DNA of 14,909 nt from Candidatus Methylomirabilia bacterium (GTDB lineage: Bacteria; Methylomirabilota; Methylomirabilia; Rokubacteriales; CSP1-6). Each line of letters opens with the position of its first letter. The stretch's first letter is position 1. Below are positions 1 through 7,083 of the stretch, in pieces. The notes below the pieces were generated by a model, which ran no database searches, was not told where the DNA came from, and saw only the letters and a list, made by a program, of their open reading frames with translations. Made by a program: the position numbers and the translations under genes. The stretch is taken from assembly GCA_041496385.1 (NCBI GenBank), contig JBGQEL010000107.1, positions 1 to 14,909 of the forward strand, read 5' to 3'.

Positions 1-87
1 GTAGAGGCCGGAGGCGATCGCCAGCGTGACCCACACCACGCCGACGACGATCCACGGATTCCCCGACGCGGTTCGGCGCGGGCTCAG
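1..87 (-). CDS. 5' end of a probable MFS-type membrane transporter (partial, runs off the window)
   Basis: Own translation of the minus strand 87->1: LSPRRTASGNPWIVVGVVWVTLAIASGLY. The W-[IV]-V hydrophobic helix resembles the first TM of MFS proteins (compare YGWNVVGATFVMAL of the MFS at 10254-11483). The start is uncertain; a CTG overlaps the upstream stop (CTGA). Confidence 0.6.
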   Translation of the reverse strand, partial: MSPRRTASGNPWIVVGVVWVTLAIASGLY

Positions 88-437
88 GCGAGGAGGAGGC
101 GCGCCGGGTGCAGCGTCCGGTTGAACGGGTTCAGCACGAAGCCGAGGATCTCGAGCGTGACGACGCCGAGCAGCGCTTCGTCCCCGGCCTCGCCGAGGAT
201 CACGGGCGTGTGCCCCTCGCCCTGGGGCAACGCGATGTGACACTCGGAGACGTCGCGGTCGATCGGTGTGCCGTCCGCGAGGACGAACGTCATCCGTCGC
301 TTTGGCGCGAGATCGATGGCGCGCCAGTCGGCCGGCGGCAGCAGACTGTACTTCGCCCCGCTGTCCACCATGAACCGGACGGCGCGAGACGTGCCTGACG
401 GGCCGGTGACGATACCTTCAACGTATGTCAGTCCCAC
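84..437 (-). CDS. Clan AA (retropepsin-like) aspartyl protease family protein
   Basis: 117 aa with the hydrophobic-D-S-G-A motif (FMVDSGAKYSLL) and the C-terminal LLG motif (ALLGVVTLEILG) typical of single-domain retropepsin-like proteases. GTG start. Confidence 0.88.
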   Translation of the reverse strand: MGLTYVEGIVTGPSGTSRAVRFMVDSGAKYSLLPPADWRAIDLAPKRRMTFVLADGTPIDRDVSECHIALPQGEGHTPVILGEAGDEALLGVVTLEILGFVLNPFNRTLHPARLLLA

Positions 438-493
438 GCGACGATTGTAGAGGAACGCAAGGCGCGCGTCGCGTTTCCTGATAGGATGCCGCG
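438..493. promoter_or_regulatory. Divergent promoter region with two -10 elements, both apparently leaderless
   Basis: Minus strand: TACAAT (449-444) lies 6 nt before GTG 437. Plus strand: extended -10 TGaTAGGAT (479-487) lies 6 nt before GTG 494. Neither gene has a Shine-Dalgarno sequence. Confidence 0.6.
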
Positions 494-1270
494 GTGGTCA
501 TGGAGATCCGCCGCCTGGGGCCGCAGATCGGCGCCGAGGTCCGCGGGGTCGACGTCAAGACGCTCGACGACGCGGGCTTCGCCGCGATCTATCGCGCCTG
601 GCTCGACGCGAACGTCCTCGTGGTCCCGCACCCGTCCAAGATGACCCGCCACCCGGAGCATCCCGAGATCACGCTGCTGGGCGTCGACAAGTTCGGGCCG
701 GACGGCACGCTCGACATGGCCATCTACCGGCGCGGCGCGGAGGGCTGGCACACCGACGGCGCGTACGACCAGGAGCCGTTCAAGGCGACGCAGCTCTACG
801 CGCTGGCGGTTCCGAGCCGCGGCGGCGACACGCAGTTCGCCAGCATGTACGCGGCCTACGACGCGCTGCCGCAACCCCTGAAGCAGCGGCTCGAGAGACT
901 CCGCGGGGTCTTCACCTACGGCGGCCGCCGCAAGGCGACGGCGTTGCTCAGCCCGGAGGATCGCGACTGGACGCCGGTCTACCATCCGATCGTCCGCACC
1001 CATCCCGAGACGGGGCGCAAGGCGCTCTACTTCGACCCGGGGAAGATCCTGCGTATCGAGGGCCTCGACGCGCGCGAGAGCGACGCGCTGATCGACGAGC
1101 TGACCGACCGCATGATCCAGCCCGACGGCGAGTACCGCCACGCCTGGCGCAAGGGCGACGTCGTCATCTGGGACAACCGCTGCTCCTACCACAAGGCGGC
1201 GGCCGACTACCCGCCCGCGGAAGACCGCATCCACTGGCGGGTCTCGATCAAGGAGCGCACCGGCAGTTGA
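494..1270 (+). CDS. TauD/TfdA-family Fe(II)/2-oxoglutarate dioxygenase (apparent in-frame deletion near the N-terminus)
   Basis: IGAEVRGVD N-terminus, WHTDG (HxD), GGDTQFASMYAAYDAL, HPIVRTHPETGRKALY and WRKGDVVIWDNRCSYH (distal His). Start is GTG 494 or ATG 500. Confidence 0.92.
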   Translation: MVMEIRRLGPQIGAEVRGVDVKTLDDAGFAAIYRAWLDANVLVVPHPSKMTRHPEHPEITLLGVDKFGPDGTLDMAIYRRGAEGWHTDGAYDQEPFKATQLYALAVPSRGGDTQFASMYAAYDALPQPLKQRLERLRGVFTYGGRRKATALLSPEDRDWTPVYHPIVRTHPETGRKALYFDPGKILRIEGLDARESDALIDELTDRMIQPDGEYRHAWRKGDVVIWDNRCSYHKAAADYPPAEDRIHWRVSIKERTGS

Positions 1271-2238
1271 CGGGCGGCGAGCCTGCGCTCCGGACGTACA
1301 TCCTCAAGCGCCTCGGCTTCGCCGCGCTGATGCTGGTCGGCGTGTCGATCATTCTCTTCACGCTCATGCGGCTGGCGCCGGGCGGGCCCGAGGCCGTTCT
1401 GATCGGCGGCGAGTTCTCGCAGGAGGCCGCGGCGCAGATCCGCGAGCGGCTCGGCCTCGACCGCCCGATCGCGTTGCAATACCTCGGCTGGGCGGCGGCG
1501 GCGCTCCGCGGCGACCTCGGCCGCTCGTTCAAGACGGGCGATCCGGTGGGCGCGCTGATCCTCGACCGGCTCGGGCCCACGCTGCAGCTCACCGCGGGCG
1601 CGCTCACGCTCGCCCTCGTCGTGGCGATCCCACTCGGCGTCCTCGCCGCGGTGCGCCGCGGGACCGTCTGGGACACGCTCGGCTCGGCGGTGTCGCTGTT
1701 CGGCGTCTCGTTTCCCAGCTTCTGGCTGGGGATCATGCTCATCCTGCTCTTCTCCGAGGTCCTCCACCTGCTCCCGCCCTCGGGGCTCAGCGAGTACGGG
1801 CGCGAGGGCGATCTGGCCGCGCGCCTGCGGCACGCGATCCTGCCCACGCTCACGCTCGGCCTCATCCAGATGGCGTCGTTCATGCGCTTCACGCGGTCGA
1901 GCCTGCTCGAGGTGCTCGGGCAGGACTACGTGCGGACCGCGCGCGCGAAGGGCCTGGCCCCCGCGCGCGTCGTGTGGCGGCACGCGCTCCGCAACGCGCT
2001 GATCCCGGTGGTGACGGTCGTCGGCCTCTCGGTGCCGACCCTCGTGGGCGGCGCGGTGCTCACCGAGACGGTCTTCGCGTGGCCCGGCCTCGGCCGGCTC
2101 GCGGTCGGCGCGGTCTTCGAGCGCGACTATCCGGTGCTCATGGGGGTGAACCTGATCGTGGCCGGCGTCGTCATCACCGCCAACCTGGCCACCGACATCG
2201 CGTACAGCTTCATCGACCCGCGGATCGCGTACCGGTGA
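1267..2238 (+). CDS. Peptide/nickel ABC transporter permease (DppB/OppB type)
   Basis: YILKRL N-terminus, LGLDRP..QY..W....LRGDLGRS, PSFWLG, EAA-loop region QDYVRTARAKGL, HALRNALIPV, ETVFAWPGLG and DPRI end. TTGA overlap with the dioxygenase stop. Confidence 0.95.
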   Translation: MTGGEPALRTYILKRLGFAALMLVGVSIILFTLMRLAPGGPEAVLIGGEFSQEAAAQIRERLGLDRPIALQYLGWAAAALRGDLGRSFKTGDPVGALILDRLGPTLQLTAGALTLALVVAIPLGVLAAVRRGTVWDTLGSAVSLFGVSFPSFWLGIMLILLFSEVLHLLPPSGLSEYGREGDLAARLRHAILPTLTLGLIQMASFMRFTRSSLLEVLGQDYVRTARAKGLAPARVVWRHALRNALIPVVTVVGLSVPTLVGGAVLTETVFAWPGLGRLAVGAVFERDYPVLMGVNLIVAGVVITANLATDIAYSFIDPRIAYR

Positions 2239-3098
2239 GCGACGCGCCCCGCCCCGATCGCGCGCCCTCACTCCGGCGGCTCGCGCGCCATCGCCGCGGC
2301 TGGCTCGGGGGCCTGGCGGTCGCGGCCATGCTGACGACGGGCGCGCTGGCGCCCGTGCTGGCGCCGCAGAGCTACTCCGCCCAGTCGCTCCTGCAGCGCC
2401 TGAAGCCGCCGGGCGCGGCGCACTGGCTCGGCACCGACGGCTTCGGCCGCGACGTCCTGAGCCGCGTCATCTGGGGCAGCCGCGTGTCGCTCGAGATCGG
2501 ATTCGTCGCCACCGCGCTCGCGCTCGTCGTCGGCACGGCGGCGGGCAGCCTCGCCGGGCACTTCGGCGGCCTCGCGGACACCGCGCTCATGCGCGCCGCC
2601 GACGTCTTCCTCTCCGTCCCCGCGCTCTTCCTCATCCTCGTCGTCGTCGCGCTCTTCGGCGCGAGCCTGGTGAACACGGCGCTCGTCATCGCGCTCGTCA
2701 CGTGGGCGCCGGTGGCGCGCGTCGTGCGCGCCGAATGCCTCAGCCTGAACACGCGCGACTTCGTCCACGCCGCGCACGCGCTCGGGGCGGGCCACGCGCG
2801 CGTCCTGGGGCGGCACCTGCTGCTCAACGCGCTGCCCGTCGTCATCGTCCAGGCCAGCCTGCTGCTCGGCCAGGCCATTCTCATCGAGTCCGGTCTCAGC
2901 TATCTTGGACTCGGCGCCCAGCCGCCGCTGCCGAGCTGGGGCAACATGGTCGTCGAGGGGCGGCAGTTCCTGGCCTCGGCCTGGTGGGTCGCGACCTTTC
3001 CGGGGCTGGCGATCTTCGTCACAGTGCTGGGCTTCAACCTGTTCGGCGACGGATTGCGCGACGCCTCCGATCCGACGCTGCGCGGCGGTCGCTCATGA
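2235..3098 (+). CDS. Peptide/nickel ABC transporter permease (DppC/OppC type)
   Basis: HWLGTDGFGRDVLSRVIWGSRVSL, ESGLSYLGLGAQPPLPSWG and GFNLFGDGLRDASDP. The real start is likely GTG 2235 (GTGA overlap); the ORF-track extension to 1974 is out-of-frame sequence of the upstream permease. Confidence 0.95.
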   Translation: MSDAPRPDRAPSLRRLARHRRGWLGGLAVAAMLTTGALAPVLAPQSYSAQSLLQRLKPPGAAHWLGTDGFGRDVLSRVIWGSRVSLEIGFVATALALVVGTAAGSLAGHFGGLADTALMRAADVFLSVPALFLILVVVALFGASLVNTALVIALVTWAPVARVVRAECLSLNTRDFVHAAHALGAGHARVLGRHLLLNALPVVIVQASLLLGQAILIESGLSYLGLGAQPPLPSWGNMVVEGRQFLASAWWVATFPGLAIFVTVLGFNLFGDGLRDASDPTLRGGRS

Positions 3099-3126
3099 CG
3101 GCGTCACGAACCAAGGAGGATCGACA

Positions 3127-4752
3127 GTGAGAAAGGCCCTGCTGCTTGCGCTGGCGCTCGCCGTCGCCGGCCTGACGCCGCCCGCGGCGTCCGCCGCCGG
3201 CAAGGATTTCGTGATCGGCCTCAGCGGCGACCCCACGTCGCTCAACCCGGTGATCGCCACGGACAGCATGTCCTACATCGCCGAGTGGCCGCTCTTCGAC
3301 AGTCTCCTCGAGCTGGATCAGGCGCTCAACGTGCGGCCGCTCCTGGCCGAGTCCTGGGACGTCTCGAAGGACGGGCTCACGTACACGTTCAAGCTGAAGA
3401 AGGGCGTGCGGTGGCACGACGGCAAGCCGTTCACGGCGCGCGACGTCGCCTTCACGTTCTACTCCGTCCTCGATCCGAAGGTCACCACGCCGCATCGCGC
3501 GTACTTCGACGCCCTCGTGGGGTTTCCCGAGCTGACGGCGAAGGAGAACCCCAAGAAGCCGGAGGAGCTCGCCCTGCGCCCGATCGAGGTCGTGGACGAC
3601 CACACGGTGCGCTTCCGCCTGCGCTACCCGTCGGGCTCGTTCCTCGCGGTGCTCGTCAATCCGCGCGCCGGCATCGTGCCCGAGCATCTCCTGCGGGGCG
3701 TCGACCTGAACACGGCCGACTTCAACCGCAAGCCCGTGGGCACGGGCCCGTTCCGGTTCGTCGAGTGGCGGCGCGGCGAGCGGCTCGTCATGGAAGCGAA
3801 CGAGCACTACCACGGCGGCCGGCCCGCGCTCGACCGGCTGATCCTGCGCATCGTGCCCGACGGCGTCGTCCTCCTGCAGGAGCTGCGCGCCGGCGGCGTC
3901 GACTTCATCGAGAACCCGCCGCTCACGGACGTGGCGCGGCTCAAGCAGACGCCCGGCCTCAAGGTCCTCACGGCGGACAACACCTCGTACACGTACTTCG
4001 GCTGGCGCCAGGACCTGGCGCCGTTCAACGACGTGCGCGTGCGGCGCGCGCTCTACCACGCGGTCGACGTGCCGACGATGGTGCGCGAGGTGCTCCAGGG
4101 CTACGCCGTCGTCGCCACGGGCCAGTTCCCGCCCGGGAGCTGGGCGTTCGACCCCGGCGTCAAGCCCTACGCGTACGATCCGAGCCGCGCCAAGGCGCTC
4201 CTCGCCGAGGCGGGCTTCAAGCCCGGGCCCGACGGCGTGCTCGTGCGGGACGGCAAGCGCCTGGCCTTCTCGATCCGCCACGACCAGGCCAATCCGACCG
4301 TCAAGGACACCGCCGTGATCGTGCAGGAATATCTCAAGCGCGTCGGCGTGGAGGCCCAGCTCGAGGCGCTCGACTGGCCCACGTTCGTCAAGAAGCTCTT
4401 CGCGTCGGAGTTCGAGGGCATCGTCGTCAACTGGACCAACCACCACGATCCCGACCCGTTTGCGTACACGATCTGGCATTCGAGCCAGTGGAAGGGCCGC
4501 AACTTCGCGCACTACAAGAATCCGAAGGTCGACGACGCGCTCGAGGCCGCCCGGCGCGCCACCGTGCAGGCCGAGCGCAAGAAGCACTACGCCGAGTTTT
4601 CGCGGCTCCTCATGGAGGACGCGCCCTACGTGTTCCTCTACTTCCCGCAGCAGGTGTACGTCACGCGGCAGGGCTACGAGGGCTTCGTGGCGGTGCCGAC
4701 GTTCGCCGGCGTCTATCAGTCGCTGCGGCACGTGCGCTGGACCGGCCGATGA
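3127..4752 (+). CDS. ABC transporter substrate-binding protein, family 5 (peptide/nickel)
   Basis: SD AAGGAGGA at 3113-3120 before GTG 3127. Sec signal (MRKALLLALALAVAGLTPPAASA). Family 5 signature PLLAESWDVSKDGLTYTFKLKKGVRWHDGKPFTARDVAFT, plus PVGTGPFRF and DVRVRRAL. Confidence 0.95.
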   Translation: MRKALLLALALAVAGLTPPAASAAGKDFVIGLSGDPTSLNPVIATDSMSYIAEWPLFDSLLELDQALNVRPLLAESWDVSKDGLTYTFKLKKGVRWHDGKPFTARDVAFTFYSVLDPKVTTPHRAYFDALVGFPELTAKENPKKPEELALRPIEVVDDHTVRFRLRYPSGSFLAVLVNPRAGIVPEHLLRGVDLNTADFNRKPVGTGPFRFVEWRRGERLVMEANEHYHGGRPALDRLILRIVPDGVVLLQELRAGGVDFIENPPLTDVARLKQTPGLKVLTADNTSYTYFGWRQDLAPFNDVRVRRALYHAVDVPTMVREVLQGYAVVATGQFPPGSWAFDPGVKPYAYDPSRAKALLAEAGFKPGPDGVLVRDGKRLAFSIRHDQANPTVKDTAVIVQEYLKRVGVEAQLEALDWPTFVKKLFASEFEGIVVNWTNHHDPDPFAYTIWHSSQWKGRNFAHYKNPKVDDALEAARRATVQAERKKHYAEFSRLLMEDAPYVFLYFPQQVYVTRQGYEGFVAVPTFAGVYQSLRHVRWTGR

Positions 4753-4867
4753 CGACTTCTCCGACGCCAACCACGGCTTCCGCCACCCCGACAACGCGGG
4801 CTTCCAGCCGCACTACGCCGATCTCGCCTGGCCCCTCGTGACCGACTTCCTGCAGCGCGTGGTGTGA
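4749..4867 (+). pseudogene. Remnant of a dienelactone hydrolase-family gene (C-terminal ~36 codons only)
   Basis: One frame reads FSDANHGFRHPDNAGFQPHYADLAWPLVTDFLQRVV*, matching the DLH C-terminal pattern (catalytic HGF ... AW...[LV].FL). The ATG in ATGA overlap with the SBP stop is in another frame. Confidence 0.7.
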
Positions 4868-4913
4868 TCGGCCCAACTAGCCTGGACTATTGCATGAACG
4901 ACGATACCGAGGT

Positions 4914-5057
4914 CGGACGGGTGGCGCCGCGGGCTGTGCCCGCGCGGCCGGCGAAGTGGGCCCCCCGAGTCCCGTCCGCAGCTCGAAGAGCTGCGATCGG
5001 GCGAGTGGGTGACGGAGCCGGGGCGCGGGCACTGCCCGCGGCGCCAGGACCCGTCCG
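4914..5057. repeat. Palindromic intergenic element (REP/MITE-like) with ~32-bp terminal inverted repeats and nested hairpins
   Basis: Left arm 4914-4945 cggacgggtggcgccgcgggctgtgcccgcgc versus reverse complement of right arm 5023-5057 cggacgggtcctggcgccgcgggcagtgcccgcgc (one mismatch, one 3-nt indel). Central hairpin cgcagctc-gaa-gagctgcg at 4977-4995. Confidence 0.8.
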
Positions 5058-6164
5058 CTAGGCCTTGATCCCCAGCAGATTCGCCGCCGTCCCGCCGAGG
5101 ATCGCGACGCGCTCGGCGTCGCTCAGGCCCGGCGTGCCGAGCACGAGGTCCACCGCGGTCTTGGTCCACGGATACGGATAGTCGGTGCCCACCACGAGCT
5201 GGCTCGAGCCCACCTCGGCGGCCATGTGCCGGACCCCCTCGGGCGTGAACACCATCGTGTCGTAGTACATCTGCTTCAGGTATTCCGACGGCTTCTTCTT
5301 GATCGGCCCGTAGGTCCCGCCGGCGCAGCGGGCGGGCAAGGTCAGGCACCCCAGATCGGAGCGTCCCGCGTACGAGGGCAGGAAGCCGCCGCCGTGCGCC
5401 CCGCAGATCTTCAGCCCGGGGAAGCGATCGAGCGTGCCCTCGAAAATCAGGTGCGAGAGCGCGATGGTCGTCTCGAGCGGGTTGCCGATCACGTTGTCCA
5501 GGTAGCCGTTGCCCTTGAGCCGGCCCGGAATGTCGGCCGCGACCCCCGCGCCCTGCGGGTGGATGAACACCAGCACGCCGAGCTGTTCGGCCTTGGCCCA
5601 GAACGGGTGGAACTTCGGGTCGCTGATCTCCTCGCCGTTGACGCTGCCGCCGATGCCGGCGCCGCGCAGCCCGTACTTCTTCACACCCTCCTCGAGCTGC
5701 TCGGCGGCGAGATCCGGGTGCTGCAGCGCCACGGTGGCGAAGGCGACGAAGCGCTCGGGATTCGCGGCGCACGTCTCGGCGAGCCGGGCGTTCTGGACCT
5801 GGCAGATCTGCCGCGCGAGGTCGCGGTCCGCCTTGTACCAGAACGGATTGATGCTCAGCGCCTCCACGTCGATGCCCTGCTCGTCCATGGCCCGCATCCG
5901 CTCCGCCGCCGATGTCGCCGTGTCCAGGACGGGCGGCAGGTTCGTGCCCGGCGAGCCGAACTTGAGGCCCATCAGCGCCAGGGCCTCGGGGACCACGCAG
6001 TGCGCGTGCACGTCGACCGTCTTGACGCGCCGGCCGCCCACCATGACTTCCCGGCGCCGCGCCTGCGCCCGCGCGGGCGCCGCGCTCAGGAGTCCGCATC
6101 CGACGAAAGCGATGCCCGCCACCGCGCCGGCGGCGTCCGTGAGGAATTCCCTGCGAGTGCTCAT
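5058..6164 (-). CDS. Amidohydrolase family protein (Amidohydro_2, ACMSD/LigW-like) with twin-arginine signal
   Basis: SD GAGGAGG just upstream of ATG 6164. N-terminus MSTRREFL...APARA. Metal-ligand motifs VDVHAH, FIHP, AHGGG and GTDYP. Confidence 0.92.
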   Translation of the reverse strand: MSTRREFLTDAAGAVAGIAFVGCGLLSAAPARAQARRREVMVGGRRVKTVDVHAHCVVPEALALMGLKFGSPGTNLPPVLDTATSAAERMRAMDEQGIDVEALSINPFWYKADRDLARQICQVQNARLAETCAANPERFVAFATVALQHPDLAAEQLEEGVKKYGLRGAGIGGSVNGEEISDPKFHPFWAKAEQLGVLVFIHPQGAGVAADIPGRLKGNGYLDNVIGNPLETTIALSHLIFEGTLDRFPGLKICGAHGGGFLPSYAGRSDLGCLTLPARCAGGTYGPIKKKPSEYLKQMYYDTMVFTPEGVRHMAAEVGSSQLVVGTDYPYPWTKTAVDLVLGTPGLSDAERVAILGGTAANLLGIKA

Positions 6165-6259
6165 GATGTCCCCTCCTCTGCCTGCCATAGGCTCGCCCGC
6201 CACCTTATCCCGATGAGCAGGGTGAACGCCAGACCGATCGCCGAGAGGGCGATGGTCAG
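6161..6259 (-). other. 32-codon hydrophobic micro-ORF or membrane-protein remnant
   Basis: Own translation: LTIALSAIGLAFTLLIGIRWRASLWQAEEGTS*. It fills the AKR-amidohydrolase gap exactly, with a CTGA overlap upstream and an ATGA overlap downstream. Confidence 0.4.
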
Positions 6260-7083
6260 CCGGCCAGCGACTCGATCGCGCGCACCTCATCGGCGGAAAG
6301 CGACAGGTCGCGGCTGGCCAGATCCTGCTGCATGTGCTCGGCGCTGGAGGTGCCGGTCAGCGGCAGCATTCCGATCGCCTGCGCAAAGCGGAACACGACC
6401 TGGGCCGGCGTCGCCTTGAGGCGTCCGGCGATGCCCGCGATCAGCCGATGGTGCAGCACCTCGACGTTGGCGGTGAGCAGCGAGAAGCCCTGGTAGACGA
6501 TCTTCCGCTCGGCGCAGAACGCGCGCACGTCACGATCCCAGCCGGCGACGGCGAAGCAGCGGTTTTGCACGAACGCCGGCGCCTCGGCGCCCGTCGCCGC
6601 CAGCTGCTCGAGATGATGCAGGCCGACGTTGCTCACGCCGAGTCGCCGCGTGCGGCCGGCGTCGCGCTCCTTCGCCATCGCGGCCCAGGCCAGGGCGTCG
6701 TCCTCGGTCCAGCCGTGGCCGGAGGCGGGCCCGTGCAGCACGTAGCTGTCGACGTGGTCGGTCCCGAGGTGCTCGAGCGAGCTCCGCATCGACTGGGCGA
6801 CCTGCGTGCTCAGGTCGGCCGCCGGGTCGAAGGGCAGGCGCTGGTCCTGGCCGTGCTGGTAGGTGAACTTCGTCTGCAAGAAGAGGTCGGCGCGCGTCAC
6901 CACGCCCGCACGGTAGGCCGCCGCGAGCCCCTGGCCCACGCCGGCCTCGAAGTAGTGCCGTCGCTGGTTGGCGGTGTCGATACCCCGGAAGCCCGCCCGG
7001 AGCGCCAGCTCGGTGAGGGCCGGCGTGCGGTCTTCCTTCCAGGCGGTGCCGTAGAGAAAATCGGGGACGCGCGCGAGGCTCAC
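6256..7083 (-). CDS. Aldo/keto reductase
   Basis: YGTAW, GFRGIDTANQRRHY (Asp/Tyr), LFLQTKF (Lys), LEHLGTDHVDSYVLHGP (His), LGVSN and TPAQVVFRF. Start GTG 7083 in GTGA overlap with the hydrolase stop. Confidence 0.92.
   Translation of the reverse strand: MSLARVPDFLYGTAWKEDRTPALTELALRAGFRGIDTANQRRHYFEAGVGQGLAAAYRAGVVTRADLFLQTKFTYQHGQDQRLPFDPAADLSTQVAQSMRSSLEHLGTDHVDSYVLHGPASGHGWTEDDALAWAAMAKERDAGRTRRLGVSNVGLHHLEQLAATGAEAPAFVQNRCFAVAGWDRDVRAFCAERKIVYQGFSLLTANVEVLHHRLIAGIAGRLKATPAQVVFRFAQAIGMLPLTGTSSAEHMQQDLASRDLSLSADEVRAIESLAG

Noticed and set aside
84..437. Retropepsin-like protease as a sign of a retroelement or prophage
   Set aside because: No reverse transcriptase, integrase or phage gene is nearby, and stand-alone clan AA proteases are common in bacteria.
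428..4841. Long antisense and alternate-frame ORFs (428-1234, 1207-2271, 3034-4794, 3285-4841 and others)
   Set aside because: They shadow well-supported genes, are Arg/Ala/Pro/Gly-rich without motifs, and are expected from stop-codon scarcity at high GC.
4914..5057. Element considered as CRISPR array, tRNA or intrinsic terminator
   Set aside because: The repeats are inverted rather than direct with spacers, there are no tRNA D/T-loop consensus sequences, and there is no U-tract on either strand.
4864..5061. 65-aa plus-strand ORF in the convergent gap
   Set aside because: It is a read-through of the palindromic element, with no SD or recognisable motif.
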